DNA of 64,000 nucleotides. Origin: Monocercomonoides exilis PA203 (taxonomy: Eukaryota; Protista; Preaxostyla). This document shows positions 26,292 through 37,712 of this stretch, one piece after another. The number at the start of each line of letters is the position of its first letter. Position 1 is the stretch's first letter. Position numbers and translations under genes: made by a program. The DNA lies in NCBI GenBank assembly GCA_001643675.2, contig LSRY02000037.1, positions 496,001 through 560,000 on the forward strand, in the 5' to 3' direction. The notes under the pieces are model-generated. The model ran no database searches. It was not told the DNA's origin and worked only from the letters and a program-made list of their open reading frames with translations.

Positions 26292-29200
26292 ATGGCGAGG
26301 TGTTGTACCAGGGCAAAAGCTGCATTAAATATTGTAGTTATCTTGTTGCTTGCTGTTAACTGCAGAGATGGAGGACGTTTTGTTTTTCAACAAAACCAAC
26401 AAGAAAGGATTGTGGAGAACCAAAAAGGACAGATCAACTATTCAAACGAAAATGGAAAGTGTAACAATCAATTACGTATCTCTCCAGCAAAAAATGAAAA
26501 TGCAGCTGGCAATTGCGTTTGCTATCTCGAAACAAGTCTCAATATCATCAACAGCTCGTTGTGTGTGAATCATCTCACCATGACACCTCTTAATGGAAGT
26601 TCACTCGTCACTGCCCAACACCACTCCGCTGCCTCCATCCGCTCCTCCACTTGCCAAGTTCAACCAGCCACCAAATCTCCACTTTTCCTCTCTGCCCATG
26701 CATCCCTCGCCCTCACAAACTTCTCCCTCACCACCCACCAACCAGCCATCCTCTCCTTCCCCCTCTTCTCCACCCCAAACAATCTCCTCTCAGATGCCTA
26801 CTCCCCAATTCCTGCCTCCTTCTCCATCTCCCGCTCCTCTTTCTCCTCGTTCGTCTCCCTCGTCCAGCCCTTCCTTTTTTCCCCTTCCTCATCCTCTTCT
26901 TCTTCCTTTCTTCATCGCCAAGTATCCCTCAGTCTCCAACTCTCTAGTACCATCTTTACAAACATCACCACTGCACCACAACATAACGTCATTCCTGCCA
27001 ATCACGCACTCCCGCACAACTTATTCACAACCACCTCCACCACAAGCATAAACACCTCCTTCTCTCCTCACTCATCTCTCTCCATCCACTCATCCCTCTT
27101 CCTCCACACTCACAACCCCATCGATGGTGCCATCCTCCCAAACCTCAACAGCCCATTCACTTCTCTCTCTGCCTTCAATGCTTCTTTTCTTCGCCAAACT
27201 CGATCTTCTCCAAATGCTGCAAAGGAATATATCGGAAATGAAACAGAAAAAAAGAAACCAGGAAGATTGGATTCATTCGATGTGAACAGTCATCGCTTCG
27301 AATGGTGTGAATGGAATGATTCTAATGGTGGAAATAATTATGGAGGTGCGATTTATATTTTTTGCTTTAATGCAAATCTTTCAATCGTTTCTTGCTTGTT
27401 CAACAGATGTTCAACTAATGGTGCTGGTGGGGCGTTATACTGTTACGGTTTGTTAAAAATAAAAGTCACAAAATCCAATTTCATAAACTGTTCTGCGGCT
27501 AATGGAGGAGCAGTTGAAGCATATGGAATACAACCGTCATCTGATTGGACATTTTCAGAAAACAGAGTGGAAAGTTGTAAAATAACAAGCACTTATGGAA
27601 CTGGTTGGTATTTTGCTTTAGGAAATAATCCTTCAGATTTTCAATTCCTTCTTTCCAAATGCGAGTGCATTGCAAATTCTGGTGGAAGCACGAGTGGTTC
27701 TTTGACATTTAATACTCCTCCAAGCAACAAACCAATTAAATTTTTGGTAAATGATTGTCAATTTTTGAATAACAAATTGACCTCTTCTTCAACTTCTTGG
27801 GGAGGTGCAGCTCTTAGTTGCACCAGTACTTATTCTTGGATGAGCGGAACAAAATTCATCACTTTTTGTTTTTTCGATAACAATACAGCAAATAGTGGCA
27901 GGGGAAACGATGTTTTCTTCTATGGAAGCAGCATCACTCAATCCCCATTTGAGCAATGCGGATCAACAACAAAAGCAAAAAGGGTCTGGAACTGCGAAAC
28001 AGCAACAAATAACGAGTACAACAAATGGCTCCCTCACATTACAACATACAAAATTGTTGCAAATAATGGAACGAATACTGATCTCTGCGGAATAACACAA
28101 CTTAAACCATGCGCAACAATAGAATTTGCTCTTTTATACATGACAGATACCCAAGACGCCTCCCTCACCCTCCTCAGCTCCACCTTCGCACCAACAGAAA
28201 CTCTCACATTCTGCGCAGTTGAATCGAAAATCACAGGAAATGGAACAGATGCCACAACCATCGCCTCCAGTGGCATTCCCCAACTAACTTCTTCTTTTTC
28301 TCCATCTTCATCAACGTCTTCACCAGATCCATCTGCCTCGTCTGCCCTCTTTGCACAAACTCAGGGTTCCCTCACAGTCTCTGCCCTCGCCATCTCCCAC
28401 AACTCCACAAACCCCATCACCCCCATCCTATTCCACCTCTCCCAAAACTCCCCTTCCCTCAACCTCAACACAACCACCATCACCGGAACAACCTCCATAA
28501 CAATAAAAACCCCCCTCTTCTTCCTCACTGCTGGCTCCCTCTCCCTCAACCACACAGCAATCACCCATCTCGCCCTCAACAGCCAAAGCATCTTCCACCT
28601 CACCTCCCTCACAAATCCACTCACCCTCAACTCCTCCAACATCACCCACATCACCTCCACAGCTTCCCCCGCCAGCTGTGTCCTCTCCTCTGCCACCTCC
28701 CCTGCCCTCTCCCTCTCCCTCGCCAACTGCACCATGATCAACATCAACTCAGCTCCACAACACCAACATACTGCCACCTATGGCGGATGCATCTCATTCG
28801 CCTCTTCTGCACCTGCCAACGCATTTTCTGTGAGGAACTCCACCTTCTCCAGCTGCTCTGTGAGTGAGGATACAAGTTCTGGAGGAAAAGGCGGTGCTCT
28901 CATGATCGAGTTCAACCAAGGCTCATTGGTGTCAGCCACCTCATTTGTTATGGCTGATGTTATGTTTTCGGAGAATAAGGCCTCTGTTGGAAGAGATATG
29001 TATTTTGTGTGTGAGTCCCTTGTCGCTTCTGTGAAAGAGCCCTTGTTCGCCTTCATGAGAAGCATCACTCGGAAAGACAACTCAGTTGCTGGACATGATA
29101 GAACAGATTTGTTTAATGATTGGAATGTGAACTTGTTTGTGTTTCTCGATGGATACTTTGCTGACAAGGTGTTTATCGATGGAATATCTGGGATGGAGGT

Positions 29201-32200
29201 ATTGTATTGTGGGATTGAAAAGGTGCCATGCAAGAGTGTGGACTTCGGGGCAGGGCATCTGAAGAGAACACAGAACGCAAAAGAGGAAATTATTTTGTGC
29301 TCAAAATCAACTGTAACTGGATGTGTTGATGTGGGGGGAATGAGTGTGAAGGCCAAAGCTGAGACAGTTGTGGAGATGGAATGCGAAAGAGAAGTGAGTG
29401 GCTCTGAAGAAGAAAGTATTCTGAAATCAGCATCGCAGACAGAAATGATATTCATTGGGATTGTTGTTCCATCGAGCTTTAACAGAGCAATCACATCAGT
29501 GATTGAATCGAGCACTCAAAATGGCGAATTGCATATGAAGAACTGCGAGATGAGCGTGATTGGAGGGATGCAAAACACGATTGGATTTTCCTTGATCAAA
29601 TCAACAGGGAAGATGGTTGAGCTGGACTCCGTCACGCTTTCAGATGTGAAATCATCAGTCGCGCTGTTTTCACTTTCACCTTCATCCGGAACTTTGGAAG
29701 TGAATGATTTGTCAATGGAATCATGCAATGTTGGAAACAGTATTTTTGCAATAAATGATGTTGGAATAACTTGCCATTTTGTGAATGTTCAAGTGGAATC
29801 GTTGAATGAAAGTGGAGGATGTCTTCTTCTGATCAAAGGAACTGAATCAACAACAAAGATAAATGAAGTGGGTGAGGAAATAAATCTCAAAATTGAGAAA
29901 TCATCATTTTCAGGAGTGAAGAGAAGTGACAATGGAGCAAGCATTTTGGAATCAAAGAGTGAGAAAAAGATTTATTTGGTTGTGAATGAGAGCAACATCA
30001 CAGGAGATAAAGCAGAAACAAGTGGAAAAGGAGGAGCAATATTCTTCACGTTGGGTGCATCTGGTTCAATGAAGATGATTGACTCAACAATCAGCCATTG
30101 CGGCTGCAGCATTAGTGCAGGAAAAGGAGGAGGAGTGTATTTGGCGACAAAGGAAAGAGGGGATTTGAATTTCACATTTATGGGGATGAAGTTCAGTGCA
30201 AACACAGCAAGAGTGGGTAATGATATTTTCATTGAATGCTTCAACATCACATCGCAGATCAATGAAAGCCAGTTTCGGTTTGATCTTCGAGAGAATCATT
30301 ATTCGCGAATTAATGCAATCTATGGAAGAGATGAGTGTGACTATCCAAATGATACAGATCTGATGGCATTTATTACGATTCATCAGAGTGACACAATTAT
30401 TGTGAGCAGTGTGAATGGATCGAATGAGAGGCAATGTGGGACAAACACACTTCCATGTGCTTCAATTGATTATGGACTGATGCATTTGACTTCAGATTTC
30501 ATAAGTCTGATGTTCATTGTTGAAGAGAGTGTGATTGGTGGAGAATTAGATCTGGAGGAAATGAGTCTGAGTTCGAAGAACAGAGACTTGTGTGAAGTTG
30601 AAGTGAAATCAGAGATTGAAAAAAGAAAGGATGCATTGGTTACAACAGCTGGAACAGTCTCGTTGATGAGAGTGAACTTTGTGTTTGATTCAGATTTCAT
30701 TTCTCAACATGAATCATTGATATCACCAGATGGAGGAATGCTTGAAATTATGAATTGTTCATTCAGTTCAAAACAATCTGATGAAGAAGGAAATTCTGCA
30801 TTTGCAAACATCCCATTTCGCATAATAAACATGGAAAAAGGAGAATTGCAACTTGATGGATGTGCAATATCAAATCTCATTCTTCAAAAATATGCATTAC
30901 ATCTTTCATCTTCTCTTCCATCGGTTATTGATTTATTAACGTTTTGCAATACCACAGCTTCAAAATCTCTGACAGATGTTTATGAATGCGCGCAATTGAC
31001 AATTAAGAACTTCAAAACAGAAAATATCACAGTTGAAGAAAATAAAGAATCATTGATATCTTGCTTGTCAATGAAAAAGGCGATACAATTGACAAATTGC
31101 ACAATGGGTGGAGTCAGTTCAAAGACAACAAAAGGAAAATTGATGAAATTGGAGAATTGTTTAGATGCAAAAATGGATAGTTGCATTTTTGATGGGAGTT
31201 CAAAGGGAAGGAATGAACAGAATTTGAATGTGGATGAAGATATTTGCAGATGGGATGGATCTGTTGTGGATGTTGTGAAGAGTTCTGTGATGATGAAAGA
31301 CACAATTATTTTGTATTCACCAGAAGGTGGAATTGCAATGAGCGGAGGGGAGTTGACTGTTTATGATGGAAGATTTGAGAACAATAATCCATCGATTGAA
31401 GGATATCCATCATTGAGAAGAAATATTATTTGCTCTGATTCAGGAACATTGAATGTGGTGAGTTTGAAAGGAGGAGATGGAGTTTTGCCAAATACATCAC
31501 TTTGGATGTTGAATGAAGGGTGCAATTTTGAAGGGATTGTTTCAGAAAGACTATCATCATTCTTCATTCCTGTATTGGAGAGTGTAGAAGCAAAAGAAGA
31601 GGCTAATCGAATGAAGCTGACCTTCAAAGGGATGCTTCTTGTTCCATGCAATATGTCATTCTCAGTTGTGAAGAGAAAGGGAGATGAGAAGGAGATTGAA
31701 AAACACGATTTTGATTCAAATGGATTCTTGTCAGAGAGAGAAGTTGAAGGGAGTGTGACAAAGGATCTTATCAGAAGTTGTGAAGATGAAATCGAGGTGA
31801 GCGTGCATATTTTGTTTGGGAATTCGGAATCATCTTCAGCAACAAATTCATTCATTCTAAAAAATGCAAGTGAAACAAATACAAAAGGAGATGAAAAGAT
31901 TGTTGAAGGAGGAAAAGAAGAAAAATCATCATGGGCGTTGATTGTGATTGTGATATTTGCTGTATTGTTTTTGATTGTTCTTGTTGTATCTATTATTGTT
32001 ACAGTTCGATGGAGAAAGGCAAAGAATGAAGCGAAAGATCTGAGAGAGATTGTGAATGACAACATCAGAAAAGATCCAAAGCTGATTGAGATGGTGACAA
32101 TGGAGATGTCGCCTGAGGAGCAGTGGAGGAGAGCTGAGAGGGAGGCAGAGAAGAAGAATGAAGAAAGGATCAAAAAGAGGGTGTATGAGAAAAGCTTGGT

Positions 32201-33275
32201 ACATTCGGAGTCATCGGAGCATCTTCTTTCTGAGAGTGGTTCAACTGAATATATTCTGGGGAGGGATTCAGACAAGATCCCTGAATGGGCATTGGAGAAG
32301 GTTGATGATGAGGAAGAGACAAGAAAGAGAACACCATCACCATCCGTTTCATCCACTTCAACCACAGACTCAGATTCAACATTTGTTCGAGGTGAGGATC
32401 TGTGTCCAACCACTTCATCGATGTCGAATCTGGTGGATGCAATGGCCTGCTCATCCCCTCATGAGAAGCTGATTGTTGATTTGAGGGATTCGCTGTTTAT
32501 GTTATTGCATGGGAGGAATAAGACAAAGGAAATGCCAATTGGTTCATTGAATGAGAGGGAGCAGACAGCTGCTCAGGTTCTATTCTGGGTGGCCAACCTT
32601 GCTCTCCACTCATTTGATGAAATGGAAATTCCACTTCAATCGCTTTCAAATTTGAGTCCTCACATTGTGCTGTTTTCTGAGCACATGGTCATTTGCATTG
32701 TGATGCATTCAGATTTGCTTTCATCAGATGATTCAGATTCATCCTCCATCTCTTCATCAACTGTTGTCACATCTGCCAGTGGTGATGATGAAAGTGACTC
32801 CCTTCCTTCATCTGCCTTTGAGGATGAGGACTGCTTCAAAAAAGAGTGCCTGAGGTGGAAGGCACCAGAGCTGCTGATCAACAAGAAGATGGGAGCAACA
32901 AAGGAATCAGTTGTGTTTTCGATTGGGATGATGCTGTGGGAGTGCCTGACTCTTCAGATCCCGTTTGGAGAGTATGATGGAGAGGGAGCAGGGCAGAAGA
33001 TTGAGAATGGAGAAAGACCTGCATTGGAGGAGTTTCAAGCAAACTCGTATTTTGAAACCATCAAGAATTGCATTTCTTCATCAACAGAAGACCGTCCGTC
33101 GCTCACGCAGCTGAAGCGGGAGTTCATAAAGCGCTTTCCAGCGGAGATGGTGATTGTGACGATGTCAGATGCGATTGAATTGGAAGAGTCCTCTGAAGAA
33201 AAGGAAATGAAAAAAAGTGGATGTGAGAAAAGTGATGAAAGTGAGACAAATACGAATGAGAATGCTGCACAATGA
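26292..33275 (+). CDS. Receptor-like type I membrane protein with beta-helix-like ectodomain and degenerate kinase domain (copy 2), 2327 aa, intact
   Basis: Uninterrupted ORF; hydrophobic N-terminus; GGAI/GGAL and FxxN repeats; TM WALIVIVIFAVLFLIVLVVSIIVTV; same kinase C-lobe as copy 1. Confidence 0.9.
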   Translation: MARCCTRAKAALNIVVILLLAVNCRDGGRFVFQQNQQERIVENQKGQINYSNENGKCNNQLRISPAKNENAAGNCVCYLETSLNIINSSLCVNHLTMTPLNGSSLVTAQHHSAASIRSSTCQVQPATKSPLFLSAHASLALTNFSLTTHQPAILSFPLFSTPNNLLSDAYSPIPASFSISRSSFSSFVSLVQPFLFSPSSSSSSSFLHRQVSLSLQLSSTIFTNITTAPQHNVIPANHALPHNLFTTTSTTSINTSFSPHSSLSIHSSLFLHTHNPIDGAILPNLNSPFTSLSAFNASFLRQTRSSPNAAKEYIGNETEKKKPGRLDSFDVNSHRFEWCEWNDSNGGNNYGGAIYIFCFNANLSIVSCLFNRCSTNGAGGALYCYGLLKIKVTKSNFINCSAANGGAVEAYGIQPSSDWTFSENRVESCKITSTYGTGWYFALGNNPSDFQFLLSKCECIANSGGSTSGSLTFNTPPSNKPIKFLVNDCQFLNNKLTSSSTSWGGAALSCTSTYSWMSGTKFITFCFFDNNTANSGRGNDVFFYGSSITQSPFEQCGSTTKAKRVWNCETATNNEYNKWLPHITTYKIVANNGTNTDLCGITQLKPCATIEFALLYMTDTQDASLTLLSSTFAPTETLTFCAVESKITGNGTDATTIASSGIPQLTSSFSPSSSTSSPDPSASSALFAQTQGSLTVSALAISHNSTNPITPILFHLSQNSPSLNLNTTTITGTTSITIKTPLFFLTAGSLSLNHTAITHLALNSQSIFHLTSLTNPLTLNSSNITHITSTASPASCVLSSATSPALSLSLANCTMININSAPQHQHTATYGGCISFASSAPANAFSVRNSTFSSCSVSEDTSSGGKGGALMIEFNQGSLVSATSFVMADVMFSENKASVGRDMYFVCESLVASVKEPLFAFMRSITRKDNSVAGHDRTDLFNDWNVNLFVFLDGYFADKVFIDGISGMEVLYCGIEKVPCKSVDFGAGHLKRTQNAKEEIILCSKSTVTGCVDVGGMSVKAKAETVVEMECEREVSGSEEESILKSASQTEMIFIGIVVPSSFNRAITSVIESSTQNGELHMKNCEMSVIGGMQNTIGFSLIKSTGKMVELDSVTLSDVKSSVALFSLSPSSGTLEVNDLSMESCNVGNSIFAINDVGITCHFVNVQVESLNESGGCLLLIKGTESTTKINEVGEEINLKIEKSSFSGVKRSDNGASILESKSEKKIYLVVNESNITGDKAETSGKGGAIFFTLGASGSMKMIDSTISHCGCSISAGKGGGVYLATKERGDLNFTFMGMKFSANTARVGNDIFIECFNITSQINESQFRFDLRENHYSRINAIYGRDECDYPNDTDLMAFITIHQSDTIIVSSVNGSNERQCGTNTLPCASIDYGLMHLTSDFISLMFIVEESVIGGELDLEEMSLSSKNRDLCEVEVKSEIEKRKDALVTTAGTVSLMRVNFVFDSDFISQHESLISPDGGMLEIMNCSFSSKQSDEEGNSAFANIPFRIINMEKGELQLDGCAISNLILQKYALHLSSSLPSVIDLLTFCNTTASKSLTDVYECAQLTIKNFKTENITVEENKESLISCLSMKKAIQLTNCTMGGVSSKTTKGKLMKLENCLDAKMDSCIFDGSSKGRNEQNLNVDEDICRWDGSVVDVVKSSVMMKDTIILYSPEGGIAMSGGELTVYDGRFENNNPSIEGYPSLRRNIICSDSGTLNVVSLKGGDGVLPNTSLWMLNEGCNFEGIVSERLSSFFIPVLESVEAKEEANRMKLTFKGMLLVPCNMSFSVVKRKGDEKEIEKHDFDSNGFLSEREVEGSVTKDLIRSCEDEIEVSVHILFGNSESSSATNSFILKNASETNTKGDEKIVEGGKEEKSSWALIVIVIFAVLFLIVLVVSIIVTVRWRKAKNEAKDLREIVNDNIRKDPKLIEMVTMEMSPEEQWRRAEREAEKKNEERIKKRVYEKSLVHSESSEHLLSESGSTEYILGRDSDKIPEWALEKVDDEEETRKRTPSPSVSSTSTTDSDSTFVRGEDLCPTTSSMSNLVDAMACSSPHEKLIVDLRDSLFMLLHGRNKTKEMPIGSLNEREQTAAQVLFWVANLALHSFDEMEIPLQSLSNLSPHIVLFSEHMVICIVMHSDLLSSDDSDSSSISSSTVVTSASGDDESDSLPSSAFEDEDCFKKECLRWKAPELLINKKMGATKESVVFSIGMMLWECLTLQIPFGEYDGEGAGQKIENGERPALEEFQANSYFETIKNCISSSTEDRPSLTQLKREFIKRFPAEMVIVTMSDAIELEESSEEKEMKKSGCEKSDESETNTNENAAQ
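32208..32977. repeat. 770-bp inverted repeat, partner of 11711-12480
   Basis: As above; paired coordinates sum to a constant (44688), so there are no indels. Confidence 0.9.
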
Positions 33276-35401
33276 AAAAGTTAATTCCAAACAAAGGGAA
33301 ACATTCTGATGAGTGAATGAAGAATATAAAAAGCTTTAATGTGTTTTTTCCAATCTTTTTTGTTTTTTTGAAAGCAACTTCAATTTTTTGTTCTCTTTTT
33401 TGTTATTAATGTTGAATCTTTTTGAAATTTCACTTAAAATTCAATTTTTGTTGAATGAGATTTTGTTTTAAAATTGTTTGGGTTTTGTGATTATATCATG
33501 TGAATATTAGCTGTATTATATATTCTTGATTTCATCTTTTGCAATCTGTTTCGTTTCACATCTTTTGAAAGTGACACTCATAAAAGAGATGTCTTTTTGT
33601 TTTTGTTGATATTGTTACTCCAACACCATTTATCTTGAACAACATGTATATATGTAATTCCACACCCTTGCATTCACAATTTATAATTATTCCTTTTTTT
33701 TTCATTTCATCTGAAGGATATTTATTGATGAGTTTGTTTTCATTTGGATTCGAGGATTATCGTGTTGAATTGATTTTTATTTCTTCTCAATATTCATTCA
33801 TTTTCAAATTCTTTCAGTGAAAACTTTTTGTTTATTTGATTCACAATTTCGAATTTTATTTGAAATTTATCGCAAACTTGTTTTCACATATCTCTTATTT
33901 TAATAAGCATTTTAAATCTTTCCGAAATTAGTATGGTTTGTTAACAAATCAAAATAATTCAATAGAGGAACTGTTTTTGAAAGCTGTTAAACGGCAAATG
34001 GGGTTCGTTTTTGAAACAATAAAATTTGGATATCATTGTTTTGATGTTCATGAACAGAAAAACAAATGATGATCTTTCTTTTTGCAATAAAAAAAAAAAA
34101 ACCATGACTGCACGAATAAATTGATATTGAAAGCAAGGAAAATCTGCTTTTTTATAAAACAAATGATAGCTTTCACTAAACTTTAAAAAAAGGCTTTTCA
34201 GACTTTTCCTTTTAATTCATATCTACTTGAAAATCTGTTCAAGTATTAAAATTGCATATCCTAAACATGAATTGGATTGTATGATATTATTTGGCATTAC
34301 GGTTCGTTACAAAACCCGGGCAATTGGAATTGGTTATTTGCAAAAAGATATCAACAAGATTAAATATGATAACTTCTTTGTTCTTTTTGTTGTGAATGAA
34401 TTATCCAAAAATTCGAAATAATATCAAACGGAGAAACTCAAAAATCCGAAACGATGCGATTGCATTATTGATAGATTATAAAAAGAATTGCGAATGGAAT
34501 AAGAAGAAGTTTTAATGAGAAGTGACAAGTTTGCTTCATTGCAAGCAAATGCATTGTTCTCCTTTTAAATGTTGTAAACCGAAATAAAATATTGATCCCC
34601 AAGTGCTTTCGCAAGTGTATTTTCTTTTCCTTTTTTCACAGGTGAACAGAACATTTTCAATAGAATTTTCTGATTGTTCTTCACGTTCTTCTTTTGTTTC
34701 CGATAATTTTCATATTGCTTCTTCACATGTAATTGTATTTTTTTCATGTTTATGAGCTTCAACTCTTTCTGTATTCTCAGAAATGCAAAAGCTTTTGTCC
34801 GCTTCATTTGATGATTCGTTTTCACAACATTTCGAAGTGTTGTGTTTTAATGGAAATTTGTTGAAAGACTTTTTTTCTAATTGAATGGTAAAGTTTTCGA
34901 AGAAATCATCCCCTGCTATTAATTTCATGCTGATGCTGTTAGCATGTGAAAAATCGTTTGAAGATTTTTCAACCATCGAAGAGGCTTCTGTGTTCTGCGG
35001 AAGATACTGATTAACGGTAGAAGGGTCAAATGAATGAATTTTTCATGCTGCAAATGATTTTCAAACAATTTTCGGGCAAAGAGAATAGATGACTACATCA
35101 GAAACAGCTGGAATTTATGCTTTTCGGTGGGAAGATATAGAGGAATCTGAAGTGACTTGAAATGCGCAAATACATATCTGTCCAAGGGCTGAGTCAGGTG
35201 CGTAGTATGTGAAGGAAGAATTAGAAGATGTATCAAATGTTTTCTGCACCAAGACATTACCGGAAAACAAAGGCGAGAAGTGTGGTCATCGAGAATAAAT
35301 AAAGCATGAGCTGATGATACATGCATCTCGATTCTTTTCTCACAAATTTTGTGTTGTAATATTTCTATCATTATCTTTTCAAAATCGGTGTCACTCATCT
35401 A

Positions 35402-37712
35402 CCCTTGGTGGAAAATCCGGGAGGTCGTGGAAAACCCGGTAGTTAAAAACATTCTGAAACGTCAATTTCTTTCTTCATTCTGGAACAATAATCTTTTATA
35501 ATTCCATTTGGATTACGTTCTTCAAGTTTTTGAGTCTATAAAAAGAGAAAACGAATAGATATTGAATATTAATTATTGCAAGCTATTGATAGAAAATGCT
35601 TGAAATGTTTTGATTGATTAAAGAACAAATGTTCGAAAAAACGAAACCTTATAGTCGGATTTTTTTAAATGAAAAAAAAGTTTTTATTTATCAGTTTTTT
35701 TCATGTCCTCTGAATTTGAATCATCGTCTATAATTCTCCTTTTGAGCGAACTCCGCTTGGCTCTGGAATCTTTGGTTTCAGTTTCTTCGCTATTGAACAC
35801 AGAACTTATTTCATTTCCGTACATAAAATCATCATCTATCTTTTTTCTTCTTTGCCTTTTTATCTTTTTCTTCACACAAAGTGGTTCATTAATCGCTTTC
35901 TGTTCTTCATTTTCATCTTCTTTGAAAACAGAACAGTTTTCTTTAATTCCTTCTTTTATCCTCGTTTCAGTCTCATGCTTTTCATTGAATTTCTCCTTCA
36001 TTTGGCGATTTTCTTTTGGAGAAAAATCTCTGAATAAGCTTTTCTTCATGTTTTGAGAGGAAAAATTTGATGACGTCGATTTTTCTGAAGATAATGGAGC
36101 ACCGCGCACTCGATGCAACACAGGTACAGCAGCCACAAGATACACACCTGTATTTAGGAAGGCTGTTTTCACAACGGAAGGAGATGTAGCTGCTGACAAA
36201 GCTTCCGGCAAAACGTCTGCCAAGGCTTTTCTGAACGAAGAAGTTGAGAAATTGACTGGTCTCACGAAAGAGTTTTGCAGCACTTGTTTAAATCTAGCAA
36301 AAACACAATTGTCACAGGGCTGGAGGAGGTGTGTCTTATTTGGGGGAAAATATTCGATGATCACGTTGTTCTGTTCTGCAAACTTTTTGACTTTTGAATT
36401 ATTGTGCGTTCGATGGTTGTCCATAACAATGAGTGCTTTCTTTGATGTTGATGATTTTCGTTTTTCTGCTATCATAGGAATCCACTCCTTTATCATTATT
36501 TGTAAAAATATTTCCGTTGAAATCCATCCGGATGTGGATCCTAAATAATTCACGTTGAACGAAGAAAGAAATGAAAATTCAGAAGGTTTCTTTTTTCGTG
36601 GATATATTAAAAAGAATCATCGATGTGACCCATCTGCACAAATGCAAACACAAATTGTTGCATTTTCAGTTTTCGGTAAAGATGATGGAGCAGGAGGTGA
36701 TTGATTCTTTAAACAAATGACAAGTTTTGTTGTTCCATCACCGACTCGGATGGAAGATTCGTCGAAATTGCAGATATCTGTTGAATGAATTTCATTTGCT
36801 GTGATTATGGCAGACAACTTTTCGAACCACATACGTATTGTTTCTGGGGATTGTGCACAAATCTTTGCTATTTCCATTGGCCTAGATATTGAAGCTTTCA
36901 AAATGGAGCTTCTTTTAATAAGATCATATGAATATTTTGAATTGACTTTCTTTTTTTCTTCTTCGTTCTCTGCTTCAGAATCGATTACTTCTTGAATCTT
37001 AATAATCAAAATAATTAAAAAAAAAATAAAAAAGCCTGTAAACCATCGATTGAATATCCTTGAGTCGAATAATTTTTTGTTCAGACAATAAAGCGATCGT
37101 TTGATTCTCCACCTTTTCAAGTTGATTTTTGGTTATTTTCGTTGGCCGTCCAGCTTTTCCGACTTGACGCTATGCTTTGATAGCAGCTATCCCTCTTGCC
37201 CATGCTCCGTTGGATATTGCATGCTACCCCACGGCAACCTTCCACGATAAAGGATATTTCTTCTTTATTTCGAAAACTTTAAGCGAAGGTGATGAAAACT
37301 GACGATATTCGGAAGTTGCTAATAGTCGATGAAGAGAATTTGAAGACAATTTTTTCTGATGATTCCATCATTATGTTTTTGATCAAAAATTGAATTGATC
37401 TAATTGCAAAGTCTGAAAAAAATAGATAGCTAAAAATTTTACTATTTTTTTGAATAAATCCATCTTTCAAATTAATATCAGGTTTTTTTTTAAATATTAT
37501 TGTTATTCTTTTTCATGGTTTTTGATTTTTCTTCAGACGAACTCTCAACTCAAAGCTGACAACTGTGACATATAATATTGAAACAGAATCTCAAATAATC
37601 CAGGAACAATGTATGAACGAATATAAAATTCCATTTTTAAGTCGAACAAACAGGTATTTTCTTTTTTGAAACAGTTTTGAAAAACACAAACTCCCGCTTT
37701 TTCCACCAAGGG
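35402..37712 (-). mobile_element. pogo/DDE_1-type transposon, element D (inner, nested), 2311 bp
   Basis: 22-bp TIRs CCCTTGGTGGAAAA(TC/AG)CGGGAG at 35402-35423 and 37691-37712, both TA-flanked. Confidence 0.9.
35684..37371 (-). pseudogene. DDE_1 transposase of element D (DD35D), with frameshifts and stops
   Basis: Motifs CNFDES, CICADG, SGWIS and VMDNH...PPNKTHLLQPCD; intron 37043-36998; breaks near 36600 and 37170-37290. Confidence 0.9.

Noticed and set aside
11804-32884. Long antisense ORFs over the two receptor genes (e.g. 31361-32413)
   Set aside because: Shadow ORFs expected from the codon bias of the sense genes; no independent motifs.
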